This document shows positions 8,364 through 18,517 of a stretch of DNA of 64,000 nucleotides, piece by piece. Made by a program: the position numbers and the translations under genes. This DNA comes from Escherichia phage vB_EcoM_G2248. The stretch lies in the sequence record MK327932.1; one strand, 5' to 3'. The notes under the pieces were generated by a model. It made no database searches, was not told the origin of the DNA, and was given only the letters and a program-made list of their open reading frames with translations. Each line of letters begins with the position of its first letter. The stretch's first letter is position 1.

Positions 8364-9593
8364 TTAAAGTGGCGGAGCTTCGCGTATACGAAGAACTCTT
8401 TCTAGTGTCTCTCGATCTAAGTGATGGAATTTGCTTGCATTGTAGCTATAACCATTTCTGGATTCCATACAAATACAATCGCCGTATTTTTCCTCTGCTG
8501 CCGCGATCGTCTCCAGGTCTTTGGCATATCGACTACGGGAATATACTTCTCTGTGTCTCCATTCTAAGTTTAACTCATTGAATTTAACAATCTCGTCAAA
8601 TACCCACCAGCCAATATAGATAAACGACGTTCTACGCCACGGAAGCGGATGGACATAACGGAACATAGTATGAAGAGACTCGACTATGTTCATCTGGCAT
8701 TTGGTACTGATTACAAATCCTACCTCAACACGAGTTCCGTCAATGGTTTGAAAGAGTTTAGCTATACACCAGAAAGTAGCATGATCGTCCTGTGTCGCTC
8801 TTTCTTTGTATAGTGTGCCGTTAGGTAAAATTGAAAATCCCTCTGATATCTCTCCTATGGTGTTTCCTAATAATACCTTATCTTGTCCTTCTCGTTGTAG
8901 ATACCAGTTGTATTGGATGGATAGCGGTGGCATATCGCTATTATCGCCTACAATGTCCTCTGACACAAAATACTGCAATATGATTGGATAACCTATTGCT
9001 ACGGTGTTATCTGCGTTCACATCGCGATCTACGCTCATTTTAGCGAGCATTACCTTAGAAGATGTTTTGTCGATTGAGTTTTCCGATTCACCCCAGACCG
9101 AGACAGTATACACCCCGTTATCGTCATCGCTAAATTCGTGTATTGTTAATGTGTCGCTTGTGTTGTCTAATACTCGACCGTCTTTCTCCCAGCGATAATG
9201 GAGAGTATATGTGTCTGACGGTGATTTTCCTGTGGAGTAACTAACCGTTGTTCGTAGGTCAACATCGGTTTTTGTCTGTACATAGAAATGAGTAGGTTCT
9301 GTTATTTTTACAACTAGTTCGGCCTCATCCATCCGCACCGCGTTACTGGTTGCTTCGTCTCCTGTGTCGGTATCGCGCACGGTTACTTTGTAAGACCCTG
9401 CATTTTCACTTGTTGCGTCAGAAATAGTTAACGTGTTAGTGTCGCCTTCTTGCGATTTATCGTCTTTTGTCCATGTATATGTTAGATTGCTTGGTGCAGG
9501 GTCATCCCCAGAATCCAAAGTCACCGTTAATGTGAACGTGTCACCAGCGAGAAAACATCTTTTATCCGATTTTAATTTAACGGTAAATGCCAT
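8364..9593 (-). CDS. hoc: Hoc-like capsid decoration protein (409 aa)
   Basis: Ig-like beta-rich repeats (e.g. GSYKVTVRDTDTGDE, GVYTVSVWGESENS) plus a C-terminal domain shared with the next ORF (RYVHPLPWRRTSFIYIGWWVFDEI); position matches T4 hoc. Confidence 0.7.
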   Translation of the reverse strand: MAFTVKLKSDKRCFLAGDTFTLTVTLDSGDDPAPSNLTYTWTKDDKSQEGDTNTLTISDATSENAGSYKVTVRDTDTGDEATSNAVRMDEAELVVKITEPTHFYVQTKTDVDLRTTVSYSTGKSPSDTYTLHYRWEKDGRVLDNTSDTLTIHEFSDDDNGVYTVSVWGESENSIDKTSSKVMLAKMSVDRDVNADNTVAIGYPIILQYFVSEDIVGDNSDMPPLSIQYNWYLQREGQDKVLLGNTIGEISEGFSILPNGTLYKERATQDDHATFWCIAKLFQTIDGTRVEVGFVISTKCQMNIVESLHTMFRYVHPLPWRRTSFIYIGWWVFDEIVKFNELNLEWRHREVYSRSRYAKDLETIAAAEEKYGDCICMESRNGYSYNASKFHHLDRETLERVLRIREAPPL

Positions 9594-9610
9594 ATAATAC
9601 TACTCCATAT

Positions 9611-9638
9611 AACAAAGACCGACCCGAAGGCCGGTCTA
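9611..9638 (-). terminator. Rho-independent terminator (minus strand)
   Basis: GACCGACCC-GAAG-GCCGGTC hairpin with flanking T-run on the minus strand, after the 846-aa ORF. Confidence 0.6.
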
Positions 9639-9644
9639 ACTATT

Positions 9645-12185
9645 TTAAAATAACTGTGTTCCGTCAACCAGATAACCGTTACGAGATTCAAGTACATGCG
9701 TATTGCTGTAATGATGCAGCGATGCCGCGATAGTCTCGATCTCATCTGGATATTTGGTATGCTCAAAATCTTCCAGCCAGTTTAATCCAGATTTAAGGCA
9801 TCGTTCGATCTCATCCATGACCCAATACCCTTGATATTGGAACGAGGTACGACGCCACGGGATGGGATGCACATAACGTTTAAGTGTCGCTTTAGTAAAC
9901 ACAATGCGAACTTTTTCTGTGTGTGCAACATGGCCTTCGTCGTCCTTGACGACCGCGTAATATGTTGCTTCATGGTTCTCTTTAGTCAACTCACCATGAG
10001 GGATAGTCAAAACTTTTTGAGTTGCCCCAGGAATTGTTTTGTCTATGCCTCCTTTGACTTTATGCCACTGCCAACTAACTACTTTATCATCATCGACGTG
10101 TTCAGCGTGCGCTTCCAGCTTAACGTCTTGCTCTTGACCTTCTTTTGCCACAACATCAACCGGATGTTTGATAATGTTGATGTTTTGATGTGGAGCCATA
10201 GTGATTTCTGCCGGATTAGTTTCTACAGTTGTTTCTGCGGCTGTAATAACGGCAGTATAACGACCTACGTCAGAAGGTTTAACATGCTCGATGATAAGAG
10301 TTTCCGAGTTTTCCCCTGGAATAATAACACCATCTTTTTTCCACTGATAAGTTGGTTTTATGCCAATCGTATTAGTGGCTTGAGCGTGTAAAATAACTCT
10401 CTGGTTGAGGTTGACGTGAGCATCTTGCGGATGTATTGTAATTCGAGTATCGTTTTCAACAATCGACGGATCGTCGGTAATGATAACCCTTGCCGGATTG
10501 GTCATTTGCGATACACGATGTTCACCAAAACCCGCTGATACACGGCAGGTGTATACACCAGATGACGTTATCTGAGCGTGATCTTCACCATAAGAATTTC
10601 GTTGTTCGACACCAGCCGGGAAAAGATCTTTACCGTCTTTAAACCAGCGATAACGAACAGGTAGCGCATCATTCGAGGTTGCCTCAACTGAGATGGTCCA
10701 TACTCCACCAGAACGAACACTAATAGCGTGTGGCTGTTTAGTGATGTTCATAGTGGATTTGGTGGCGTCTACAGAAACCTGAACTTCATTGGAATCTTTA
10801 ACGATGCGATGATTCGAGATACCCATAGAAACCACGCATTTATAACGACCCTCGTCGGCTTTAGTGATAGCAGAAAAATGTAATGAATCCGAAGTTTTAT
10901 TTGGGATCAACTCATTATCCTTATACCACTGATAATCTAATTTGAAATGTTCATAATTAGACGTTGCTCGACAAGTAAGAGTTTGAGATGAACTCACACG
11001 AACGTTATTGATCGGCTGTGGTTGTTGGGTGATCGTGATCACCGGAGATGACCCGACCAGAAGTGTTGCTACCTCTGATTCGGTGATCTGATTATTTCCA
11101 TATGTAATTCGAGCTTTGAATTTAGCCTCATTAACATCATTGGTCGCCGGAATGATTTTTAACTCTTTTTCCGTTTCTCCAACGATAGGAGTAAATTCAC
11201 CTTCTTCTTTTTTCTGGCGTAGCCACTGTATTTTAACATTGGTGTAATTTGTTACATAATCAACACTTAGTACCGCTGGCGTTAATGCCGGAACATTAGT
11301 GTTTAATGGCTGTCGGGAAATTCGGAAATATGAACGTCCAGACACAACAACATTACAATCTTTAGAATAAACTACAGTACCCCCTTGACGAACTTCGAGA
11401 CGCCAGATCCCAGCATCGGCTTGTGTTACATACGGGATGATCATTGCTGTACCGTCTTGATCGATGATCTTTTTCCCGTTATGAATCCATGTGTACTCAA
11501 TATCACGAGTTGCATCATCGGACCTTACCGTAACTTCTAAATCCAAACGAGCATCTTCTAATACGGTGACAGTATCAGAATAATGTTCTTCGATGTGAAT
11601 TACTGGCGGTTTATCGTTTTCTTCCACAACAACCGGACTAATACGGTAATATGCTCGTGCGTCCTGGATAACAAATACTTTACAAGTATAATTGCCGAAG
11701 TCTTCACGAGATACCCTATCAACGTGTACGTTTTTAGCTTGTACTTTGTTGGGGTCAATCATAACATGATCTTTATACCAGATTGTATCAAATTGATAAC
11801 CGTCTTCGACAATCGGAGTGGCAAAAACATCAAGTGCTTCGCCAATTCGTTTGTAGATGTAAGTCGGAGATTGGTCTTGTGGTGCGATAAATGGAATACG
11901 CTCAACCAAAATCGGATCAATATCCACATAATCCAGTGGATTCTCTTTCAATTTGACACGCGCGGTATATGTGCCAAATTGTTCTTGAGTCAATTCGGCA
12001 ATGTACAGAGATTGGTCTGGTTCTGCAACTTGATCCGCTGGCACACTCTGACCGTTTAGCTTCCATTCTACGATATAGTCTTTAAAATCTGATGTACTTA
12101 CTACCAATTTAAGAACAAGTTCATGTCCCACTGATGCGTGGACAGGACCAGTAGTTTGATGTAAAATATTGATTTTATCAGACAT
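9645..12185 (-). CDS. Giant Hoc-like protein (846 aa) with multiple Ig-like domains
   Basis: Repeated ~90-aa Ig-like modules (conserved W...Y.C/Y.V patterns, e.g. GRYKCVV, GVYTCRV, GNYTCKV) and a C-terminal domain paralogous to the neighbouring Hoc-like gene (RYVHPIPWRRTSFQYQGYWVMDEI). Confidence 0.7.
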   Translation of the reverse strand: MSDKINILHQTTGPVHASVGHELVLKLVVSTSDFKDYIVEWKLNGQSVPADQVAEPDQSLYIAELTQEQFGTYTARVKLKENPLDYVDIDPILVERIPFIAPQDQSPTYIYKRIGEALDVFATPIVEDGYQFDTIWYKDHVMIDPNKVQAKNVHVDRVSREDFGNYTCKVFVIQDARAYYRISPVVVEENDKPPVIHIEEHYSDTVTVLEDARLDLEVTVRSDDATRDIEYTWIHNGKKIIDQDGTAMIIPYVTQADAGIWRLEVRQGGTVVYSKDCNVVVSGRSYFRISRQPLNTNVPALTPAVLSVDYVTNYTNVKIQWLRQKKEEGEFTPIVGETEKELKIIPATNDVNEAKFKARITYGNNQITESEVATLLVGSSPVITITQQPQPINNVRVSSSQTLTCRATSNYEHFKLDYQWYKDNELIPNKTSDSLHFSAITKADEGRYKCVVSMGISNHRIVKDSNEVQVSVDATKSTMNITKQPHAISVRSGGVWTISVEATSNDALPVRYRWFKDGKDLFPAGVEQRNSYGEDHAQITSSGVYTCRVSAGFGEHRVSQMTNPARVIITDDPSIVENDTRITIHPQDAHVNLNQRVILHAQATNTIGIKPTYQWKKDGVIIPGENSETLIIEHVKPSDVGRYTAVITAAETTVETNPAEITMAPHQNINIIKHPVDVVAKEGQEQDVKLEAHAEHVDDDKVVSWQWHKVKGGIDKTIPGATQKVLTIPHGELTKENHEATYYAVVKDDEGHVAHTEKVRIVFTKATLKRYVHPIPWRRTSFQYQGYWVMDEIERCLKSGLNWLEDFEHTKYPDEIETIAASLHHYSNTHVLESRNGYLVDGTQLF

Positions 12186-12264
12186 GTTATATCCTCTTTT
12201 TAATTGTATAACGGAACTACAATTAAAATCATAACAAATATTTCACAACTTTCATCACCCAAAA

Positions 12265-12993
12265 TTACTTGAGTGTGTGAAATTGGCTATGTTTGGTTTC
12301 CCGTACCTTGACAGACCCATCACGTTTGATATAATAGATCAGTGACTTGAGGGTGTCGTGTACATACGCGTGAGGGAAACGCTCTGGATACTTCTTCCAA
12401 TCTGGAGTATTAACGATCCAGTCGAAAATCCACCACGGGCATGAGTAGTAACCACGACCGCCACCGATCAAACAAATGGTTGGACGGAAACCAGTAAGAT
12501 CGCAAAATGAATCAGTATCATGTGCAGGAGAACGATGCTCTGCTTCGTCAGAGAAAATGTTTGCTACCGGAGATTCCACTTTAACTTCCGGTACAACCAC
12601 AATTTCAACTGGTACTGTGTGTGGTTCGGCTTCTTCTACAACTGTAACTGTAATTGTAATTGGTTCTTCTTTTTGTTCTGGTTCTTTCATTGCTTCAACC
12701 AGAGACGGATCAACTTCGTCGAATACCACTTTATCATCTGCGGTATCTGCTGCCAGAATAAGGTCGTTAATGCTGGTTCCCTCTTCCTGGGTTTCTTCTT
12801 CCATTTCGGATGCCAGTTTAGTTAATTCTGTTTCTACGAACTCGATCATGTTCTCTAGTGATAGCGTCTTTTTGACCTTGATGTCAAATTGTTTTGCGTA
12901 GTCCGCTAATTCTGTTTTAGCGGCTTTCTGTGCTTCTTTGTCGTCGGACGCCGCAATAGCGCGGAGTTCTTCGAAATATTCTTTATCAAACAT
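12265..12993 (-). CDS. inh: Inh-like protein (possible prohead protease inhibitor)
   Basis: Assignment is by position only (T4 order hoc-inh-uvsW); acidic Glu/Pro/Val-rich central region; no motif confirmation. Confidence 0.35.
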   Translation of the reverse strand: MFDKEYFEELRAIAASDDKEAQKAAKTELADYAKQFDIKVKKTLSLENMIEFVETELTKLASEMEEETQEEGTSINDLILAADTADDKVVFDEVDPSLVEAMKEPEQKEEPITITVTVVEEAEPHTVPVEIVVVPEVKVESPVANIFSDEAEHRSPAHDTDSFCDLTGFRPTICLIGGGRGYYSCPWWIFDWIVNTPDWKKYPERFPHAYVHDTLKSLIYYIKRDGSVKVRETKHSQFHTLK

Positions 12994-13019
12994 GTTATTC
13001 TCCTGATTGGGGGTGTTTG

Positions 13020-13027
13020 TATAAATA
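13020..13027 (+). promoter_or_regulatory. T4-type late promoter (TATAAATA) for uvsW
   Basis: Exact TATAAATA about 37 nt upstream of the uvsW ATG. Confidence 0.6.
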
Positions 13028-13063
13028 TTTGTATACTGTATTTATTGAGTGAGGCTATTCGCT

Positions 13064-14566
13064 ATGCAAGATATTAAAATTCACTTTCTGAACTACTCCC
13101 ATGTTCAAATTGAATGTAGTGATTCAATTTTATTAGAAATGCGAGATTATTTTAGTTTTGAAGTCGAGGGAGCGCGGTTTCAAAAAAGATTTAAGTATGG
13201 CGGTTGGGATGGGCGTATTCGTCTTTTAGACTACAACGGAAAGTTGCCTATCGGCCTAACTAAAACCGTTGGTATCTTCGCTAAAAATATGGGTTATTCT
13301 GTATGGGTAGATCCTCGCTTATTCGAAAAAGAACAGGTTACAGAAGAAGAGATCACAAAATGGTGTAACGACTTAGAATTATATTCCGGTGCTAACAGGA
13401 TCACCCCGCACTGGTATCAATCAAAGGCTGTCTTTGAAGGTATTCATCATAAACGCCGTATGTTAGTTTTGCCTACGTCCGCTGGTAAATCTGCGATTGC
13501 TTGTATGTTGTCTCGTTGGTACTTAGAGAACTACGAAGGGAAAGTGCTGATCATCGTTCCTACCACGTCGCTAGTGCTGCAAATGCGTGATGATTTTGTT
13601 GATTATCGCCAGTTTCCGTATGAAGCAATTCATACTATCATGAGCGGTACTAGTAAACACGTAGGTGATCGCCTGATCGTTGTTAGTACGTGGCAATCAG
13701 CATGTAAACAGCCGAGTGAATGGTTCCAGCAATTTGGGATGGTTATTGTTGATGAATGTCACAAGGCCACTGCTAAAAACCTGCTAAACATCGTTACTGA
13801 TATGGATCATTGCCAGTTTAAGATCGGTATGACTGGTTCCCCTCGTGACGGGAAAGCTAACATGATGCAGTATGTCGGTCTTTTCGGTGATATTTCTAAG
13901 ATCGTGAGTATTGACCGCCTGATGGAAGAAGGTCAAGTGACGAAACTGAAAATCAACTGTCTTTTCCTTCGTTATACCGATGAGGAATGTAGCGCGGTTA
14001 AGGGTAGAGAATATGCGGAAGAGATCAAGTATATTACGTCTAACCCACGACGTAATAAGTTTGCTTGTAATTTGGCGCTAAAACTCGCTAAGAAGGGCGA
14101 AAACGTATTCCTGATGTTCCGCAATACTAAGCACGGAAAACTTATGTATGACGCGTTACAGAAGGTACACGACAAGGTTTATTATATTGACGGTGGAGTT
14201 AAGACAGAAGAACGTGATGAATTTAAGAAATTAGCGGAAGGGGAAACAGGGATCATTTGTGTTGCTTCCTATGGTGTTTTCTCTACTGGTGTTTCAATTA
14301 AGAATTTGCACCATGTTATTTTCGGTCATCCCGTGAAGGAATCAACTATCGTTCGTCAGAGTATCGGTCGTGCATTGCGTAAACATGGTTCGAAAGACAT
14401 TGCAACGGTCTGGGATCTTATCGATCATTTGGCAGTTAAGACAAAGAGCAAGAATGCTAAGAAACAGTTTAGTCACCTTAATTATGCTCTTAAACATGCC
14501 CTGGAAAGAATAAAAATTTACAACACAGATCGATTCGAATATGTAACGAAAACTATAGAGATTTAA
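13064..14566 (+). CDS. uvsW: UvsW DNA/RNA helicase
   Basis: MQDIKIHF... aligns with the T4 UvsW N-terminus; helicase motifs LPTSAGKS (Walker A), DECH, GSPRDGKANMMQYVGLFG; ATG at 13064 with GAGTGAGG RBS. Confidence 0.9.
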   Translation: MQDIKIHFLNYSHVQIECSDSILLEMRDYFSFEVEGARFQKRFKYGGWDGRIRLLDYNGKLPIGLTKTVGIFAKNMGYSVWVDPRLFEKEQVTEEEITKWCNDLELYSGANRITPHWYQSKAVFEGIHHKRRMLVLPTSAGKSAIACMLSRWYLENYEGKVLIIVPTTSLVLQMRDDFVDYRQFPYEAIHTIMSGTSKHVGDRLIVVSTWQSACKQPSEWFQQFGMVIVDECHKATAKNLLNIVTDMDHCQFKIGMTGSPRDGKANMMQYVGLFGDISKIVSIDRLMEEGQVTKLKINCLFLRYTDEECSAVKGREYAEEIKYITSNPRRNKFACNLALKLAKKGENVFLMFRNTKHGKLMYDALQKVHDKVYYIDGGVKTEERDEFKKLAEGETGIICVASYGVFSTGVSIKNLHHVIFGHPVKESTIVRQSIGRALRKHGSKDIATVWDLIDHLAVKTKSKNAKKQFSHLNYALKHALERIKIYNTDRFEYVTKTIEI

Positions 14567-14571
14567 TAAAT

Positions 14572-14594
14572 AGGGGCTTTAATGCCCCTTTATT
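14572..14594 (+). terminator. Hairpin after uvsW
   Basis: AGGGGC-TTTAAT-GCCCCT followed by a T-rich tract. Confidence 0.55.
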
Positions 14595-14609
14595 CTACGG
14601 AGATTAAAA

Positions 14610-14846
14610 ATGATTAGCTTTAAACGTTTTTTGGTTGAGGCCGTTATTGACGGTTTTATGAGTAAGATTTATTCTTGTAATACTATCGAGGGATTAAATG
14701 AACTTGAGGCATATTATGAGAAGCGCAAGAAAGAAACAGAATTGAAACCTGCTGATGATATTTCGATCCGTGATGCCATCGCTGGACGCCGTAAGCAACT
14801 GGAAGCGGACAACGAGCCGGAAGAGGAGCCGGAAGAGGATTTTTAA
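14610..14846 (+). CDS. uvsW.1: UvsW.1-like small acidic protein
   Basis: 78-aa ORF immediately after uvsW, as in T4; acidic C-terminus. Confidence 0.6.
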   Translation: MISFKRFLVEAVIDGFMSKIYSCNTIEGLNELEAYYEKRKKETELKPADDISIRDAIAGRRKQLEADNEPEEEPEEDF

Positions 14847-14851
14847 GATAT

Positions 14852-14884
14852 AAAAAAAGCCCCATCATTGATGGGGCAAAATAA
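14852..14884. terminator. Bidirectional terminator between convergent genes
   Basis: GCCCCATC-ATT-GATGGGGC flanked by A-run and T-run. Confidence 0.6.
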
Positions 14885-14910
14885 ACCAATTAAAATCGGT
14901 TATCAACAAA

Positions 14911-15105
14911 TTACATTAACAGCATTGTTTGCTCTACGAGTTGTTCTTGTTCTTCGCCGTTCGCATCTTCACTAATCGAACGTTCTGTTACTAGCTGTAA
15001 GCAGTAGCCAGTGTGAACAACGCCGTTTTCTGTCTGAACGGATAACGCATCCTCGACAGGTTGTTTACAACAAATACAGATTTTCATAAAAAATTCCTCC
15101 TGCAT
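14911..15105 (-). CDS. UvsY.-2-like small Cys-rich protein
   Basis: Small ORF downstream of uvsY with CxxC motif (CICCKQ...C); positional analogy to T4 uvsY.-2. Confidence 0.4.
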   Translation of the reverse strand: MQEEFFMKICICCKQPVEDALSVQTENGVVHTGYCLQLVTERSISEDANGEEQEQLVEQTMLLM

Positions 15106-15109
15106 GTAT

Positions 15110-15517
15110 TTAGCGACCAGATTCCAGCATACGCAATTCTATAGCATTCTTGATCGCAAAGCCACGAGATTTAACGATATCAAGTGCGCGACCAGCAAAA
15201 TCCATTACCATCTGGTAATATGCAATTTTTGTATCAAGCGGTAAGATCTCGTCGTCTGCTGCCATGACAACTTTCAATTCTGATTTCTCATATTCAGCAC
15301 GACACCAGTCATCACTACGGTTAGTGTAAAAGTCAAGACGATTTTTCATAGCCTTTTTCTTTTTAGCCTCAAGAGCAATCGTCTCTCTTTTCGCCTCGCT
15401 GTAAATCCTTAACCACTTTGAGTATACTACCGGATTATTCAGCGCCTCCCATTGCAACTTAGTCGCATCGATCTTCATGTCAGCTTCTAATTGTTCTTTC
15501 AAATCGTTTAGGTCCAT
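15110..15517 (-). CDS. uvsY: UvsY recombination mediator
   Basis: 135 aa; aligns with T4 UvsY (KLQWEA.NN..YSKWL, KSRGFAIK conserved). Confidence 0.9.
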   Translation of the reverse strand: MDLNDLKEQLEADMKIDATKLQWEALNNPVVYSKWLRIYSEAKRETIALEAKKKKAMKNRLDFYTNRSDDWCRAEYEKSELKVVMAADDEILPLDTKIAYYQMVMDFAGRALDIVKSRGFAIKNAIELRMLESGR

Positions 15518-15564
15518 AATATCCCCTTATTCACACTAAGACCTATATCATATCACACACAAAA

Positions 15565-15951
15565 TCACTTTGCAAGTCTTATGCGTAGTTGTTCAAGATC
15601 ATCTGGGTTGTCTATTACTGAAAAGTAGATTGATACTATGATTGAGTTATCGTCGTACTGCGGAGTTACTTCTACTGTCAGGTTTCGGACCCGTGGTTCA
15701 TAGTTTCGGATCGCCTCATTGATGTTTTTTGATAAGGTATCCACTGTCAGTGGGTTCATGTTCTCAAACAAAGATTTATTGAGATCGCATCCAAACAGTG
15801 GATCAAATGGACGAGATCCCTTGCGAGTAGTAACGATCAGTAGAATAGAATCCTTAACCGCTTTAATCCCTATGTTCTTTTTAACGTCGTTATTCCACGA
15901 TCTGGATATATTGAGATCCAAATCAGTATACATCTGATTAATAGTTGCCAT
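15565..15951 (-). CDS. 25: Baseplate wedge protein gp25
   Basis: TRKGSRPFDP.FGCDL, FSVIDNPDD motifs as in T4 gp25; start taken at MATINQMY. Confidence 0.9.
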   Translation of the reverse strand: MATINQMYTDLDLNISRSWNNDVKKNIGIKAVKDSILLIVTTRKGSRPFDPLFGCDLNKSLFENMNPLTVDTLSKNINEAIRNYEPRVRNLTVEVTPQYDDNSIIVSIYFSVIDNPDDLEQLRIRLAK

Positions 15952-15959
15952 GTTATACC

Positions 15960-16589
15960 TCAAAGAATTTTAAGGAAACTGGATAGACCTGATAATGAAT
16001 ATACACCAGATTCCCCGCATTCGCACTTGATCGGTACTGCCAGCGTGATTTGATTTCTTGTTAGCTCGTCGATCACTTCTTCCACTTTATCCGTGGTAAG
16101 CATATCCAGCAAGCGGTCAAAGTCCTGTGCGTTCAGGTCGTCTATATTGAATTGCTGATCGCCGATCACGATATATTCGATACATGCAATTACCATCTGC
16201 ATAATATCAACATCTTCTGTAAACTTAGGTTGACGAAACTTGATTTTTACTTGTCCTAAGTCTAAAATATATGGTTCAACTTCTGGTATCTGTGTGCGTG
16301 AAACATCAAGAGAGTATACTTTCTCTTTATTGCATACACCACACACCCAAGTAGCATCAATTTTCATCTTATTGAGGCTGTGACACCATAAGAGAAGAAA
16401 AATATATTCTGCTTCGCATTTCTCTAGCTCTAATGCATTGATCCCCGTACATTCATGTATGATCTCTATAACAACCTCTGACAGCTTGCCAGTCTCTTTT
16501 GCTGCTACCAGTTTTTGAAATTCGCCGAAGGTGAAAGCACGGGCGTGTATCAACTTTTCGCCTAATTGGATCTTGAAAAAGTATTGCAT
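15960..16589 (-). CDS. 26: Baseplate hub protein gp26
   Basis: Position and size (209 aa) match T4 gene 26 between 25 and 51; overlaps gene 25 start. Confidence 0.7.
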   Translation of the reverse strand: MQYFFKIQLGEKLIHARAFTFGEFQKLVAAKETGKLSEVVIEIIHECTGINALELEKCEAEYIFLLLWCHSLNKMKIDATWVCGVCNKEKVYSLDVSRTQIPEVEPYILDLGQVKIKFRQPKFTEDVDIMQMVIACIEYIVIGDQQFNIDDLNAQDFDRLLDMLTTDKVEEVIDELTRNQITLAVPIKCECGESGVYSLSGLSSFLKIL

Positions 16590-16631
16590 AATAAAACACC
16601 CTTTATAAACACATAGAATTATTTAGTATTT

Positions 16632-16639
16632 TATAAATA
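16632..16639 (+). promoter_or_regulatory. T4-type late promoter (TATAAATA) for gene 51
   Basis: Exact TATAAATA about 21 nt upstream of the gene 51 ATG. Confidence 0.55.
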
Positions 16640-16659
16640 CCCGAAAGGGGGATTATACC

Positions 16660-17430
16660 ATGAATATTATCCGAATAAAACTGCCGGAAGGTGTGCAGAG
16701 ATTTAAACCATTCACGGTAAAAGATTATAGAGATTTCCTTCTGGTGTCAACTGAAATTAAGATGAATCCAGAAGAAGAACAAACGATTCTTGATGAGCTA
16801 TTAGAAGAAATATATCCAGACGTAGACCCGGCATTTCGTGAATATATTTTCCTGAATGTCTTTACTAGTTCAATTGGTAAAACTAAGATACCGCTTTGTT
16901 TTACTTGCCCGACTTGCAACAAAGAAAGAAAAATGTTGCTTAACTTACAGGTTGAAGCACTAAAACCAATCGTTCTAGAGGCCGCAGGGCTTAAAATAAC
17001 TTTCCGGTATGTTAAACCATCAACCGACTATGCAAAAACGTTTCTGGATGCGATAGAGCGTGTATCTGATGGTATTAATGATTATCTATGGACTGAATTA
17101 CCGGAAGAAGTTAGAGAACAGGTTATCGATTCAATCTCATTTGCTGAATTTGAAGAAGTTGTTAAGCAGATGCACACAATCAAGATCGAACAAAAGATAT
17201 CTTGTTGTGAAAGTCATGACCTGAAATACATAGGTCTTCTTCCATTATTCAAATTGTTGTTGAATCCAGATGAGTTATTCATCTTTTATCGAATAAACCA
17301 TCTATTGGCAAAATCAAATTATTCTATCAGTGATCTTATGGATATGTTACCGATTGAGAGAAACATTGCACTGACACTGGTCGAGAAAGACGTAAAAGAG
17401 GCAAATAATGCAAAGAACGGGGTTTCCTAA
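16660..17430 (+). CDS. 51: Baseplate hub assembly protein gp51
   Basis: Position and size (256 aa) match T4 gene 51; Cys cluster CFTCPTCNKER. Confidence 0.7.
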   Translation: MNIIRIKLPEGVQRFKPFTVKDYRDFLLVSTEIKMNPEEEQTILDELLEEIYPDVDPAFREYIFLNVFTSSIGKTKIPLCFTCPTCNKERKMLLNLQVEALKPIVLEAAGLKITFRYVKPSTDYAKTFLDAIERVSDGINDYLWTELPEEVREQVIDSISFAEFEEVVKQMHTIKIEQKISCCESHDLKYIGLLPLFKLLLNPDELFIFYRINHLLAKSNYSISDLMDMLPIERNIALTLVEKDVKEANNAKNGVS

Positions 17431-18517
17431 TGTCTCAATAAAACTTTATCAGGATTATGAGGCATTTCTAAATCATCGCTTTATAGAGTTGGGTGCTACC
17501 TTTGTTACAATGACTCTGCGTGATTCGATTCGTGGGGTGAATGAAGGATTGTTGCAATTCTATGATAATAAGGCGATGCATACAAAATTAAACGGGAGAG
17601 AGATCATTCAGATTTCGCTATCCACTGCTAATACAGATGAAGTGTTTAACCGAATCTATGGGATCTCTCATAGTAATGTAACAATTGACCAAAAATCCGA
17701 CAATATTTTAACATTCCAGTTAAAGAGCTATCACGAAACATTAAACCTTAAATTTTCTCGCTCATTGACAAATAACGCGGTTAATAACGTAACTAGCATG
17801 ATTGATGCCATCTATAAGGAAGTTCCTTTATGGAAACCTACTATAAAGGGTGATAACGTTGTTATTCCTCGTTGTCCGTGGGTTAGTACCATAAATGACT
17901 ATATGGATTTTGTTAGGGCATACGGGCAAAGCGTAGAAACCGAGTCTTTCGTGTATTGCTGGGAAGATTTTGATGGTATAACGATTGCTGGATACGATAC
18001 AATATTAAAAAATGAGCCAATACCAGCTATAATCTGTGAGCCTAGACTCATGGGGCAATTTATTGATATGTCGCCTAATCTGATGGTTTTTAATTTCGAG
18101 TGGCAGACTAAGAGCAATGCTAAAGTTAAAAATTCATTTAGCAATGTGACATACACAACTATTGATTTTGTTACTAAGCAGTATAATAAAATTGTTGTTG
18201 GTAATGGGGATAATATTGCACACTTTGCTCATGGTGGCGCTTATGGTAATTTAACTTATAAGAATGCGTTTTTGGAAGGTTCTAAACTTGCCACAATAGA
18301 ACAATATGATTCATATGCTACCGCCGTGTGTCACGGTAATTTTTCGTTGCGCCCCGGCATGGTTATTCGATTCTTTGATGAGAAGCAACAAGCACGCAAT
18401 GATTTTATTGTTGACGAAGTGGTGCATGAAATTAGCCGAGAGCAATCATTAACTCACCTGTATATGATCGGTAACAGCGAAGAATTACAGGAAGTCAAAT
18501 TTGAAGGTAAGATATAA
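17408..18517 (+). CDS. 27: Baseplate hub protein gp27
   Basis: 369 aa in the T4 gene 27 position; overlaps the gene 51 stop. Confidence 0.75.
   Translation: MQRTGFPNVSIKLYQDYEAFLNHRFIELGATFVTMTLRDSIRGVNEGLLQFYDNKAMHTKLNGREIIQISLSTANTDEVFNRIYGISHSNVTIDQKSDNILTFQLKSYHETLNLKFSRSLTNNAVNNVTSMIDAIYKEVPLWKPTIKGDNVVIPRCPWVSTINDYMDFVRAYGQSVETESFVYCWEDFDGITIAGYDTILKNEPIPAIICEPRLMGQFIDMSPNLMVFNFEWQTKSNAKVKNSFSNVTYTTIDFVTKQYNKIVVGNGDNIAHFAHGGAYGNLTYKNAFLEGSKLATIEQYDSYATAVCHGNFSLRPGMVIRFFDEKQQARNDFIVDEVVHEISREQSLTHLYMIGNSEELQEVKFEGKI

Noticed and set aside
9831-12901. Plus-strand ORFs (9831..10391, 11583..12059, 12476..12901, 12520..12825) antisense to the Hoc-like and inh-like genes
   Set aside because: They lie entirely within longer minus-strand genes that have clear domain content, have low-complexity or Cys/Phe-rich translations typical of antisense frames, and lack RBS context.
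15518-15564. Possible MotA-dependent middle promoter upstream of uvsY
   Set aside because: The sequence has only a partial match to the MotA box (TGCTT) and an imperfect -10, so it was not called as a feature.
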